A DNA stretch of 63,578 bases, filler included, from Nemertoderma westbladi (GCA_032718475.1; 3 parts of 3 records of this genome joined end to end with filler, not necessarily neighbours in it), one strand, 5' to 3'; counted from the whole stretch's first letter, positions 1 through 13,449 are shown. The notes: generated by a model from the letters alone, not told the origin. Made by a program: numbers and translations.

Positions 1-1348
1 GCTTATTCCAAACTTATGCAATTTGTATTGTTCCGAATTTATGAAATTTAGAAAGTTTAGAAGGAACTTATATTTGAAAGATTTATGTTTCATATTTGAG
101 ATGCAAAGGTTTATATTATTCTAAACTTATGCAGTTTATATTTATATTTAAGTAAAGACTTATATTTAGTAAGATTTATATTTAGTAAGAATTTATATTT
201 TATATTTACGTGATTATTTCGAACTTATGCAATTTATATTGTTCCGAATACTATATTTTATAAGCAGTATTTGTATTTACAGTGTAAAAGAGAAAGTTTT
301 ATAGACAGAAAATTTTGTGCTCAGAAAGACTCATATTTGTAATTATTCCAAACTTATGCAATCTACATTTAGGTACGAAAGTATTTGTAATTACTTGAAT
401 TTATGCAGTATTTGAGATACAATAGTAGATGGAAGACTTGCGAGCCTTTCTTATTGTTTTCATTCATTTGTATTTGTAATTGTTTGAATTTATGCAATAT
501 TGAGATGCAATAGATTTATATTGGTGAATTTAATTTAGATTTATATTGTACTTACTTAGTAAAGCCTTAAATACGTAAAGTTTGAATTTGTAATTATTTT
601 TGTATCGAATCATTACGTAGAAAGGAAGTATTGTTTGAAACTTAATTGTAAATATGTAAGTACGCCCTAAGTATTCTATAGTTTGATTGATTATTGGTGA
701 AAACCGTATATTTTATGCACGATAATATCCTGTTTTCATGGAGCGGTATAGAATTATATTCCCTAAATGCCGTGGATTTTCAAAATTTTATTTTATTCGA
801 ATTAACTTTGTAAAGATTGCTTTGAGTTCTCATTAGTATTGGTTCTATCTATTATGTATCTATCGGTCAAGTGGTTCAGTAGCTCAGTTGGTAGAGCGTT
901 GGAAATTATATGTGTAGTAGGTATCGAGTTCGAATCCTAGTAAGTGCGAATTATTTTTTGTGCAGAATTTCAACTCATTTAAATTAACCGCTACAAATTA
1001 ATTGCATTTGTCTGTACCAATAAGGCTGTAGTTATTTGATTGTAACCAATGTCGTGCAAGTTATATATTAGCTGGACCAATAAGCTATCTTTAAAACCTT
1101 GTTAGAACCCATAGAACAATCGAGAATTTTCTCGATTGATTGCAGCACAAATTTAGTATATAAAGGTGCGATTCGTTCATTAGTTATCAATCACAATCAA
1201 TCTCAATCTTATATCTATACTTCTCAGATTTATTCTGTCGTGCTTAGTTTATTCTCAGATTACATTGTATTATAATTGTGTCTTCTGTAATAAAGTCAGA
1301 ATATTCTCTCAGCTTTTCTGTTTTACTATGGTTTCACTACGGTGAACA
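1..1348 (+). mobile_element. Probable LTR (5' part outside the window) with degenerate internal repeats
   Basis: Recurrent TTATTCCAAACTTATGCAAT-like units in 1-600; several CCAAT boxes (~1015-1082); TATATAAAAG ~1157; AATAAA ~1289; ends ...GGTGAACA like the BEL LTRs in this window. Confidence 0.45.
873..945 (+). repeat. tRNA-derived sequence (SINE head or tRNA relic) inside the LTR-like region
   Basis: A box TAGCTCAGTTGGTAGAGCG and B box GAGTTCGAATCC; acceptor and anticodon stems do not pair. Confidence 0.55.
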
Positions 1349-2663
1349 AACTCAGGGACAGGATGGCCGGCTAGAGATCGGGCCGCAGCAATGAACGGGA
1401 ACATCACGGGAATGTAGACGAGAGACAACCCGCAATACCATCTAGTGTTATTCGCCCATCACCTGAAAGGTTAGACAGCGTTCGATCCTTGCTACCTAAG
1501 TATAAGACCAAAAGATCAAAGGTAGACGTAGTGACACGCTGTGAGCCCAAAATTACATCATAGGGACTGTACTGTCTTGATTCAGGGAAAACCGCAGTAG
1601 ACCTTCATATTCCTACGGGAGGGAGAGAGAGCAGATACTAGTACGCAGATAGGACGTAGGCACACCGGTACAAGGCATACACATTGGTTAGGGTGCGGCA
1701 AACTGTACGCTTAACTCTTGCTAAGTACAGGTGTGTGTGCGACTATTTGCAGTACGACAGTGTCCATTACATCAGAACTTGTAGGCTAGGGGGGTTGCTG
1801 TGTTTTCACCTGAATGGGGATTGTACCGTTCAGGCGGTAGGGCAGTTTACGCTAGGCGCAAAATAAATTGAGGCTATCAGGGATATACTAACATCTACCG
1901 TGTCCCCGCCAACGCCCTAATAGGAAGTTACCCGGACTACCTGGGTGACTAAAATTCTAGATAAGAGCCAGGATAGCTATCAGTACCCGTACGCCTACAG
2001 TAGTAAACTAACACACCTCTTCTTAGTATCAGGGACCTGGTACCTAAAATTGCCGAATTCTGGGCGTAGTATTAACCTTATGCCTGAATTTGAGTCCTGG
2101 AAATACGCAAGAGGGGAAGGAACCTTATCATTCGTGAGTATTGGACCTACAAGTTATAAAATTAGAATATTCGTAAAATGCACACCGTACCCAGTAATTA
2201 TATATGTGAAGGAGCAAAACTGCTTTGACCGTTCAGAATTAACACACGCGCGTTAGAAATTATTAACACCTCAAAATATATAAAATTAACTTTCGTCCTT
2301 ACTGCACTTTGCTCGCTAGTTAGCCATCTCCAAATCTGCTCTATACCTAGCTAGCGTCCCTTTGCCCAACCATATAAATCACACCGCGGCAAAGTATACG
2401 AGCCCCTTAGTCCGTCAGTGAGTCAGCCTGATTTTAGGATTCGCTGCGCGGGATTTTGTTTTATCGAAGTTTGTCTGCTCGTAGACTGTTTTCTGCCTCA
2501 CCGGTTAAAAGAGATCGATACTGCAATATATTCGCTTACTTGGGGTTTACTGTTTTGGTGAGAAGGTCGGATTTATGATTTGATTTACAAACTTTACAGT
2601 AGGATATTGCAGGTATTGTTACCGTCTCTTCCGATAGTATGAATAGGCGTATCTCTCCAATTT

Positions 2664-3323
2664 ATAGTATCACCTTGTTTCTTGCGTTATACGGGTTTAT
2701 GAGGGTCCTGAATCCGATAGAATCAATAAAAACAGCACTGGACATCGCAAACTTGTACTTTTTGGTGATGGGTACGAAATTTGGTGCTAGCACCAAAATT
2801 TGCTAAATTACCCCGAAAAATACAAGTAGCAATGATCTGGCATATTAGAAATGTATTCCATTAGAATCAGCGCCCTCGAAAACCTGAAAATGTGAATTTA
2901 GAGCATCGTATAAGTGAATTAAAAATTTTGTGTTCCAACTGAAAAGTGCTGGTTACTTGTTTTTTTCATTTTTTTCCTACGCAGAGAGGACTAAACAGCC
3001 ATTTATAGTAATCATATCATTTTTTAATATTTTCCAATGTATTTTGCACCCCAGAAAACCTGTATTGAAAAATAAATAGCCGAAAATGTAACTTTCAAAT
3101 TTGGTGAAAATTGGGCACTACTTGTAATTTTCGTGCTGCACTATAACCACCCCAGTACATTTTTTCGAAAATGTTTTTTTTCGGTCGGATCCAGACAAGT
3201 GATACCTACGTACAAACAAAAAATCAGACGTTTTCGTAAATATTTGTAGATTTTAGAGGGAGGGGTCAATATGACCCCCCCCCCGGTATTTGTACAACAT
3301 TTTATAGCCCGGTACTAATAGGG
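2664..3323 (-). mobile_element. piggyBac-like TTAA MITE, truncated copy
   Basis: Reverse complement of 3700-~4360; ends CCCGGTACTAATAGGG followed by TTAA (3324-3327). Confidence 0.9.
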
Positions 3324-3327
3324 TTAA

Positions 3328-3695
3328 CTCCGCTCGAGGAACTTTCAACTTGTTGTTTATCAAGGCCTTAGAGGTAACCAAGGCGACCTTGATTCCATCC
3401 GGAGTTTCAACTCTCAGGTATGCTACTATACCTATTCCCATATCGCTGGCGTCTCCAAACACATGGAGTTGATAAGAATACGTAGGTAGAACATGACCAA
3501 AATATGAACGGGAAATTATAAAGTTCTCGATGGCTGGTAGATAATCTTCCCATTTCATCCACTTCTTTAATAGTTCTCCCTTAAGTGGATCGTCCCATGA
3601 GTGGTTTTCAAGCCACATTTGTTGCACTAAACTCCGAGCAATCAATATAACTGGGCTAATAAATCCCAATGGATCGAAATAAGTGCTCAGGATAC
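3328..3695 (-). pseudogene. pol: BEL pol fragment (Peptidase_A17/RNase H region)
   Basis: SILSTYFDPLGFISPV...WDDPL...LHVFGDASDMGIGIVAYLR...KVPRAEL; joins in frame to TKRICL at 5237 once the MITE is removed. Confidence 0.9.
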
Positions 3696-3699
3696 TTAA

Positions 3700-5232
3700 C
3701 CCTATTAGTACCGGGCTATAAAATGTTGTACAAATACCAGGGAGGGGTCATTGACCCCCCCCTCTAAAATCTACAAATGTTTACGAAAACGTCTGATTTT
3801 TTGTTTGTACGTAGGTATCACTTGTCTGGATCCGACCGAAAAAAAAAATTTTCGAAAAAATGTACTGGGGTGGTTATATTGCAGCACCAAAATTACAAGT
3901 AGTGCTCAATTTTCACAAAATTTGAAAGTTACATTTTCGGCTAATTATTTTTCAATACAGGTTTTCTGGGGTGCAAATACATTGGAAAATATTTAAAAAT
4001 GATATGATTACTATAAATGGCTGTTTAATCCCCTCTGCGTAGGAAAAAAATGAAAAAAACAAGTAACCAGCACTTTTCAGTTAGAACACAAAATTTTTAA
4101 TTCACTTATACAATGCTATAAATTCATATTTTTAGGTTTTCGAGGGCGCTGATTCTAATGGAATACATTTCTAATATGCAAGATCATTGCTACTTGTATT
4201 TTTCGGCGTAATTTGGCAAATTTTGGTGCTAGCACCAAATTTCGTACCCATCACCAAAAAGTACAAGTTTGCGATGTCCAGGTGCTGTTTTTATTGTTTC
4301 CATCGGATTCAGGACCCTCATAAACCCATATAATGCAAGAAACAAGGTGATACTATCTACTGATGAATTTGCATATTTTCCAAAATTTGGTGCTAGCACA
4401 ACAATTTTCACCCACCGGCGAAAAATACAAGTTTGAGAACTCTTATGAAATTTTTACTGATTCCATTGAATTCAGAACCATCACAAACCCGTATAGCGCA
4501 AGAAACAAGGTGACACAATCAATTGATATATTTGATGGTTTTCAAAATTTGGTGCTAGCACCACATTTTGCACCCACCTCCGAAAAATACAAGTTTGAGA
4601 TGTCTAGTTCGATAATTATATTTTCCATTGAATTCAGAACAGCCGTAAATCTCTAAAACGCAAGAAATAAATTGTTACAAGCAATTTTATCTATTAAATG
4701 GATTTTCAAAATTTCGTGCTAGCACCAAAATTTGCACACAGTCTCACCGAAAAATACAAGTTTGATACGCTTGGTGCAACTCGTATATATTTCATCGAAT
4801 CCAGAACCCCAAAAAACCCCAATTGCGTAAAAAACAAGTTTCAAACAATCAATTTACAAAATTGACATATTTCAAAATTTGGTGCTGGCACCAAAATTTA
4901 GCACCCACCGAAAAAAACAAGTTTGAAATTTCTAAATCAATTTATATGAATTCCATCCAATTTCTAACACCAAAAAACCGGTGTAAATCAAAAATAGAGA
5001 TGTTACAATTCATATTTAATGAAATGTAATTTTCAAAAAACGACTCAAAAATAGTGCCAAAAGTAGGGTTAAAAAATGGTGCTATAACTCGAAAAGTACC
5101 CAATATTTTTAAAAACGGTTTTCACTACTAGGAAGACAATAGATTTTTAGGAAAAGACATGTTTGTTTCAGAATTATAATAAAAAAACCACGGGAGGGGT
5201 CATATTGACCCCCCCCCCCGGGTTTAATAGGG
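3700..5232 (+). mobile_element. piggyBac-like non-autonomous element (MITE) with both ends
   Basis: TTAA on both sides (3696-3699, 5233-5236); imperfect TIR CCCTATTAGTACCGGG / CCCGGGTTTAATAGGG; subterminal GGGGTCA(TA)TTGACCCC palindromes; no transposase ORF. Confidence 0.93.
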
Positions 5233-5236
5233 TTAA

Positions 5237-7027
5237 ACAAATCCGTTTAGTCCGAACTGGATTATCTCGCCCTTTTAGCTGGAAAAACAGGATATCTCTC
5301 TCTGTGTCCCATTTCAAACCAAGTGTCTTGGTTTCTGGAAGATCGTCTTTGATTAGGTCTAGGTCTTTCGCTCCTCGATCTTCTACCGGGATCGATTCTA
5401 GAAACTCACGGGAGTTGCTGGTGAATTTGGTTAATCGAAATCCACCTCTTTTTAAGCACTCTACCGTTCCTTTGGCGACATCAATGGCTTCTTCAACTGA
5501 TGGAAGGGACTTTAAATTGTCGTCCATGTATATATCCCGTTTGATGTTGTCGATCACCTCTTTAGAGAAGGCATCCCGGTTGTCATCAGCAGTGGTGCGC
5601 ACCACTGAGCAGGCGTTTGAAGGGCTTGAGATGATCCCAAAAGCCTGGATGGTCATCCAATACTCCACCGGTTTCTGGCTGAGGTCAGGCCACCACAGAA
5701 ATCGTAGGCTGTCTCGATCCCTGTCCAGCGCCTTGACTTGTAAGAACAAGCCTTCTATATCGGAGGCGAAAGCGATTGAATATTGTCGTAATCTTAAGAG
5801 TATTCCCAACAAGGATTGGAGTAAGTTGGGTCCTGGTAACAACTCTGAATTAAGGGATTGGCCCATGTAGAGGGCGGAGCCATCAAATACTACTCGTACC
5901 TCATAGGGTTTCCCGGGTTTGGGAACGTAATGATGTGTTAAATAGTACGTTCTCTCAGTTAGGGGTGTTCCTTCCGGTACTCGCTCCGCATATCCCTTGT
6001 TAATAAATTTCTTCAACTGAGTCTGATACATTTCTTTAGCTGAAGCATTTGCCGTAAGGCGTCGATGTAGTTGAGCAATTCTTTTCTCCGCCAAGGGTCG
6101 TTTGTTTATGAACTTTGGTTCTCGCTTTCGGAATGGGAGACCGATTTCATATCTACCTTGATCTTTAAGAAAACGTGTAGTTGTCTCCTGGATCTGCTTG
6201 GCTCTTTCTTCTTCTACCGATAGGGCCTTATCGTAGGAATTGGTCTCTACAGCCTCTTGAGTAAAGAATTGTACGGCATGTTCATCTCGAGTTTTCGCGT
6301 TATATCTCTTGATTACGTCATTCAGTTCGTCGTTATAGTCGACTTGTCCTGATGGACGAATGACTTGACATAGGTTCACTTGGTTTTGCCAAGTCTCGTT
6401 CTCCGTAAGGATATCGATGGTATTCTCCTCGTCGAAGAGCTGGTGGATATCGTCATTATCTGAGGAGTATGGTGTTCCCTCAGTTGGGTCGTCAACTTCA
6501 CTGCTCTCCACTTCCCATTCACTTAATTGATATACCTGTTCTTTTGGTAATCTTTCCATGAGAGTTCTACGGGAAGGGCCAGTAAAGTACCAACCTACTC
6601 TAGTTCTTCCCGCATAGACTTGTAATTGTTGCGGTTGAGCAGGCCGTTTCTCCAATGTCTCAAGCGCTTCATGCGCATTTTGGCCGATGAGTATTTGCAC
6701 TCCAGGGTAATCTGTGTTGAATCTAGGTATATTAATCTGCTGGGTGGAATCGTCCTCATCCCAGTTATAAGGTTCTACTTGGCTGGTAGCGAAGTTCTTT
6801 ATCGCCACCATTTTTACTGACCTTATACTATGTTCTCCTAGTTCATCCTGGGGGGTGGACAACGCACCTACATAATAATCCGCTATTACTGTAGATTTCC
6901 AAACCTGCATAATTCCTGACATGTTTAACTTAGTTCGGAACTTGGGTTGTCCAGCAAAGATGTCTTCGGCTAGTTCTTTGTCGATGAATGTTCCTGTGCT
7001 ACCGGAGTCAAGGAGGGCGTTCACTAT
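5237..7027 (-). pseudogene. pol: BEL pol: aspartic protease and reverse transcriptase
   Basis: IVNALLDSGSTGTFI, ILIGQN, YYLTHHYV, VRVVFDGSA, SLNSELLPGPNL, DIEGLFLQV, FGIISSP, YMDD, KTLGLKWD. Confidence 0.93.
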
Positions 7028-8328
7028 ATCGCTTGCGTCCTTCTGGGCTCCTCCCCGAGGCGCACCCACGAGGCGAACGCTGTCCCACCACCCTTGGGGC
7101 CAGTCTGACTCCGTTTTTATCAGACCGGGCCGGAGGGTAGCCCGATGCTTCCCGGGTTCAATTTTCAATCCCCCGATCACACCGGCACAGCTCGTCGGTG
7201 TAGCCAGATGGTCAGCTACTGTCAACTTACTGTGGCCTGACTGTACATTGAGCCAACTCAGCGAGTCAACCAGCGGGTGGACCAGTCGATAGCGATCGAG
7301 CATCAAGGTCGCCCTTGAGCCAAACCGACGGTCTTGTCCCAAGTGGGCTTGCGCTACCCACATGGAATATTGATACGTTTTCACCCGCCTCGCCGGCAGT
7401 ATTGAGGGGAAGTCGGTTCCACAATAATACTGACTAGCTCGAAAGCTAAGAACAAGTCACCACTTACTAGTCACTGTACACGTGTACTCAATAGATGCTC
7501 ACGAAATCAAGTACACAACGGTAAACACAAAATCGGACACATACCATGCACACACAGAGGACATAATCGGAAAAGACAAATCGGTGACAAAATCAGAGGG
7601 GACAAAATTGTATCGACTGTTAAAAGTGTCGAGAGTACCTTATTTTGCCGTCAGGGCAAAATAACTTTGTGTGCACAAAGTATGCTGGGGCGTAGTAAAG
7701 ATATGGTCCTACTAATACCAGCGGTGTCTAGACCAACCGGCAAGGGTTCCCATACTCACTCGCAGTGGCCATACATACACTCACGTATACCACATACCCA
7801 CAGCAACAGAAAGCTCAAGCAAACTGCCTCTGATCGTCCACACGCAAACCACAGATTCCAGAGTATCATTCACTTGGACCACACTACAACACCAACCCCT
7901 CCTTGCAGCTGATATTCCGGGTGCCACCTCCATTCCAATAGTAGTACCAACAGAATCATCAGAAACCTGCCCATTCCGATGCAACACCTCCATTCCAATA
8001 GTGCTACCCTGGGAAAAGACACGTTTTGGCAACCGATCGGAGACAGTAAAGAGTCTGGTCAACTCATACATACCAAACATAGACCTATCACATAGACCAC
8101 ATAGACCACAGATCACACTAAGCCACCACCCCTACTGTGTACAGGACTGGCAGTACGGCAACAGGCCGACTAGACGGTACCACGGCACCATGTTAATTCA
8201 TGGTTCGCTAGACACGAGGGCCTTCAGTAACTCCCTTGCACTATACCTAAGATTTAACGTGCCCCCAGACCCTCACGAGCCCGCCGCCGCCTGTTGGAGT
8301 CACCCCTATAGAGACCTCACCTCTTTGG
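7028..8328. other. ~1.3-kb foreign insert splitting gag from protease
   Basis: The paralog at 19385-20314 reads continuously VRLHCNNRSF-IVNALMDTG; here LRVHGPKRSY and IVNALLDSG are 1.3 kb apart; no TSD seen; short repeat with 60-bp period at ~7925-8007. Confidence 0.65.
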
Positions 8329-11300
8329 GTAACTCCTTTTAGGTCCGTGGACCCTCAACTGTACTACGGGAAATTCTCGGATTCCTACATTGGAAGTTGG
8401 TGCTTTCCAAGATGGTTGTCGGTCAGAAGTAGTTAGGGGGAGCTCGCTGTCTGTGTCTTTTTCATACGTAAGTGCTCGATACACTGCGGTATTTATCAGG
8501 TAACAGGATTCGTTTTCATCGGAGAATTCGTCCGTATAGAATCCTTCCATCTCAGAACTTTGGTCTGTGTCGTTCACATCACTGAATTGGACATGTAGTT
8601 CGGAATCACTTACCTGACTCGGGCTGTTTCGTTCGAATTCAGTGTGCAACAAGAGATGATGTTTTGCGCCGCACTTCATACACCTTGCTTCTGAGTAACA
8701 GGTTCGCCGTTGGTGTCCTTGTCTGAGGCAATTATAACACAACCGCTTATCCCACATGACTTCCCGTCTATCCTTTAATGATTTCTTTAGGAATTCATCA
8801 AACACATTCAAACGGTGGGTCCCGTCACATAGCGCACATTTCGGTTTGATATTACTTACCTTATTTTGAGTAACGTTGTGCACACTCGTTCTTTCTTCGG
8901 GCTTTCTTACCTGAATTCTCTTAGGAGACGTAGGAGGAGTTTTTCTTACCTGTTCTCTCCTGTCATTGGTTCGAGACTTGGATTTACTTACATCTTTAGG
9001 CGTTTTATTGACATAATAAGATCTTTCAGTGTCTTTCCCGCTGTCTTCTTCTTGAGAAGCCTGGCTTTCGCCGTAGTCGGTATAACACACTGGGGTTACC
9101 TTTCTCCTAGAAACGGGTTTCTCACTTACCTTGTTTTCTGGTGTCTTCTCTCTGGACTGCTTTAGGAGCTGTAATTTTACTTCTCCATCTAAGAATGACA
9201 TGAGATCAGCCATGGTAGGGTCTCGTCGTTGTTGTTCCATCATATATAACACTTTCTTATCCCAGCGTGTACCTACTCCTCCCTTCGGTAAAGTAGAGGC
9301 CACGGCTCCAATAACCATAGAACTCTGATATTCATGAGACTTACCTAGCCAATCTAATTGTCTACAGATCTCCTGAATCTCATCAGAAAACTCTATAATC
9401 CCGCTGCTAATGAACTTTCGGGGGGCTACCAATTTTGCATACAAATACCTAGCTATGTTATTCCTATTACCATACCTGATGTTTAGTGTATCCCAAACTT
9501 GTCTTAATCCATCTGGATGTCCAATAAACTTTAACGCCATTAACTTGGGAGATCCTTCCAAGCATTCGATGAGGAATCTAAGTTTCTCTCCGTTAGATAG
9601 TACAGAGTTCTGTATGTTATCTTTGTAATATTCATTAAAAGGTAACCATTTCATCTCATCTCCATTGAACTTGACGATCTCTCCCACCTTTACCGCTTGA
9701 CGGGCTTCGGTTCTAGCCATTTGACGCGTAAAACTTTCTTGGGCCATCGTGTTATTTAATATCGAGTTATCGGTATATAAATTTCTCGGATTATTATCAG
9801 GTCTATATGGAATATCATTGTCAACAGGTTTATAATTACCCTTAATAGGGTTTACTATAGGAGTTTCTACTTCACTAGCAGTATAGATGTGTGTAGGCTC
9901 CACACCTTGCGCATGAAATACTTCAGACCTAACAGGTTGACACATTGTTACCGGGGTTGGTGGTATACCCTTTTTTATATTTACTAATTTATCGCGTTCT
10001 AACGCGATACTTTGCTGCACTTCTTGCAACTACTTTCCCTTACTGTTCCCTTAAACTGATGAACAGTTCCTTCCATCTCCCGGACCTGCTGAGAGGAGCA
10101 CTTGCGGTGTTCCCTCAACTGCTCAAGCAGGAGACCCATCTCCCGTCGTCCCTCAGCTACCCACTCGACCGCCGAAGCGGGAGTCACCAACGTAGTAGCG
10201 GGCGAGCGAGAGACGATGGGCGATAAGTTCTTGATATCTCGCTCGGCGTCCAGGACGGGTTCGGACTCGGGAACAGTCCTACTGGGCACAGGTAGTTTAG
10301 TACTGTGCAAAGGGAATTTAGAGGTAGGTTCTGGGAGTACAGGTGTCTCTATCACCGAAGGGGTAGCTTCGAGAACAGGCCTAATTATTTCAGGCTCATC
10401 TACTATAGTAGGGAGTCTTTCTATTTTAATTATTTGGTCTGTGGGTTCTGTACTACCTAAGTCTGTGTTAGTTAGTTGCCTTCTAACAGCTGGGGGCAAA
10501 TCAGGCAATTTCTGACGGTGGGACATTCTTCTACGTCTGCTTAGACGAGATCTATTTCCTCCGCCTTCAGGATCGGTGGTATCGCCTTCATCAGATGATG
10601 TATATCCCTGTCTTTTGGGAGTAGATCGACTCATCATCTGCATTTGACTAGCTGTTAACTGTTTATTTATGCAGTCTTGATTCTCTTGAATATTTTCCAA
10701 CTCTAGTTGGGTGGTCTCTTCAGATGCTCTTCGTTCTGCTTCTGCCACTGCTCGCTTTCTTTCCGCTTCTGCCGCTGCCACTGCCGCTTTTCTTTCCACT
10801 TCTGCCACTGCCTCTGCCGCTTTTCTTTCCACTTCTACCGCTGTCTCTGCCGCTTTTCTTTCCGCTTCTGCCGCTGCCTCTGCCGCTTTTCTTTCCGCTT
10901 CTGCCTCTGCTGCTGCCGCTGCTGCTATCTTTCTGTCTTCTATACGTTTTTTCTTTACTTGTTCTTCTTGGACTCTAGCGATGCGGAGGCTTTCATCAAA
11001 TTTAGCTTGGTTCACAGCTATCATATCCACATCGATTGCGTCCAACACAAGCTTGGCTCCTTCACTATTAGGGCGAAGTCCAGACAGCCGTCTCCTCAAC
11101 TCTTCGTCACCTACAAATCATTGATAGTCTGACAGATAGATGTCAATAGCGTCCCTCTTATGCGGTTTTTCTGCTGTCACTTCACTTTCCACTTGGGAAA
11201 AGGTAGCGTCTGTTGATTCTCCATGGGTTGAGCGCTCAGCCAGCCGAGCTGTCCACTGGGCCGTTCCTTGAACCTGGAGACTCACCCGCTGGAACCAAGT

Positions 11301-12104
11301 TTTTACAGCAACTTGCAACGACGTGTCTTGTCTTCTTTTCGAAGCTTCCTCAAAGGCCGATAGGATTAGTCTGATTCTTAGAATTCTTTCTCGAACTTGA
11401 TAAAGCAGCTCTCCCTGCTCTTGAGGTCCTTGGGGTTGTCGAAACAGTTGTTCCTCTAATCTCTCCAAAGAGCTGAAGAATCCCTGTACGTATCCTGCTG
11501 CCGACCTCTTCCATACAGCTGGATCGCTGGTGTCTTTTGTCACTCCCATCCTGTGTATGTCTTCCCAGGCAGCTTCCGATAAGTCAAACGGGAGTCCGGG
11601 TCCGGGGAAGTTCCATTGCGACTCGACAATAGACTTCAGTTCTTCCCTTGTGTATCCCGCATAACTATCCTTGGTCGATTGCTTACTTCTCGCCCAATCA
11701 ATCTGGTGTTCCTCCACCGCAATCAATACCCGAGTGAGTACGGCTGCAGGAAGGATGAGAAGGGGATCCGAATAAACCGCATCTGCCATCTTTGCTCCGC
11801 GCTCGGGTGTTAGCTCTACAGTATCCGCACTACTGGAGCTGTCGGGCCGCTGAGAAATAAGTTCTCGGCTCGAGTATTGCTGCTGTTCCTCTGCTTCTTG
11901 GTCTCGCTTGACTTGAGCTCGAGTGCCTATGATAGACCTACGGTGTTGGACTAGCCTAGGGTCGGATATTACTACTGGAGGGATGATCTTTCTTACAGTA
12001 GGAGGTGAGTTGAACTTCGGTCTCACACGTTCCACACTCCTATCTGGGTCACAGATGGTTGTATCTAGGAGACTGTCTGACAGGTTTTGCTTCGTGTCAG
12101 ACAT
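8329..12104 (-). pseudogene. gag: BEL gag with long N-terminal extension; one in-frame TGA (11118-11120) and one frameshift (~10030)
   Basis: ORFs 11118-12104 and 9999-11099 share a frame; KFNGDEMKWLPF...EKLRFLIECLEG...RYGN (DUF1759-like); CALC..H, CYNCLRQGHQRRTC, CMKCGAKHHLLLH knuckles. Confidence 0.88.
10735..10925 (-). repeat. 33-bp coding tandem repeat (AEAERKAAEAA units) in gag
   Basis: About five 11-aa Ala/Glu-rich units visible in DNA and protein. Confidence 0.85.
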
Positions 12105-13449
12105 GTTTGTTTGTACAGTTGAATGCCTACTGCTATATTACAGTTAAAGCAAGTCTAGTAATTCAGTATCACCGTTAGCCTAGTAATTAATTACCGATAT
12201 CGTTACTCTATATAACGTGATATATATACAATATATTAGAATACCGGTATACACTTATAGTATATATATAAGTATTATTACAGACTAGGTTTGTCACAGA
12301 ATACAGGTATATAATTTCAGCACAAATATATATAAATATATAATAGGCCTATCGTGAATACCGGTATACAGCTTACACTTATAGTATATATAAGTATAAT
12401 TATGTACTAGAATTAATTACAGAATACCGGTATAATTTCAGCCTAAATTTATAGAAATAAATATAATAAGCCTATTGTAAATACCGGTATGTCAATTATT
12501 TTAGAATAATTGAATTTCTGACTTTTAGGGGTTACTTGGTTACTTTACTTTACTTGATTACCGTTATTTAAGCAGTAGTCCAACTGACATTAAGACCTAA
12601 TTGTTGTAAGACAGGCCTACTATTTTATAAATCGGTTTGAGTTGATTTATAATATATATATATACCCGTTTAAGGGGTTTTGTCCATATTTGAAATAAAT
12701 GTTATTATTTCTGGGAAGGAGTCACTGCACAGAAGCTGTACGCTCTCAGTGAAGTACTACTTGTTGGACACTAAAACAAATAATTCTAATTTACCTAAGT
12801 TACTTAATACTACAAATTACGTACAATTCGGGGTGAGATTACAATCTCTAATTAAACACAAAAAATCCCACGTACGAATTTTTAGGGTAATTTTACAAGA
12901 AGTCTACAAACCAGCCTAACAAAGGGTTAGAATATCTGGTTATTACAAACAGACAGGATACTACGGTATTTGAAAATAACAAAGCAGTAGTAAATATACT
13001 GCATTGTCCAGATAGGAAAAATACCACCGTCTGACGACTTATAGCCGTATCGCTATAAGTACTACGTTACGTATCACGAAGTGTTCCTACCTAGAAGTTA
13101 ATTACCGCGGTCTACCAGAACCAACGTGCCTATTAACCACTTTACAACACAAATATACTGCCTACACACTAATTACCTTCGGAAAGCACTGTACACTAAA
13201 CCCTAAATTAGGTACAAGTACTTATACAACAAATAATCAGCAGTTAGAAATACTTGTACAGCTAAAAGAACCACGGTATCTGCTGGAGTGACCGGGGCAC
13301 AAAATCACCAGTCTTTACCTACGCCAAGCAGCCCTGATGTAGTACCGGGGTTAATTTAACTATAACGGTATGTATAACAAGCACAATTACTGTAGGAATA
13401 AACTAGGGGTTGTGAATGTTGCGAATAATCGCATAAACTCTGAATAATA

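Noticed and set aside
873-945. Functional tRNA gene
   Set aside because: Acceptor and anticodon stems do not pair
1349-2663. 3' end and LTR of another plus-strand retroelement
   Set aside because: PPT-like tracts (~1617, ~1788) and a TATA-like motif exist, but there is no second copy, terminus or protein motif to support it
3751-5029. Short ORFs in the MITE as transposase pieces
   Set aside because: No piggyBac DDD motifs; frames differ between copies
10707-11132. Plus-strand low-complexity ORFs (LLPL, CRFSF, SAAF repeats)
   Set aside because: Antisense shadows of the gag 33-bp repeat
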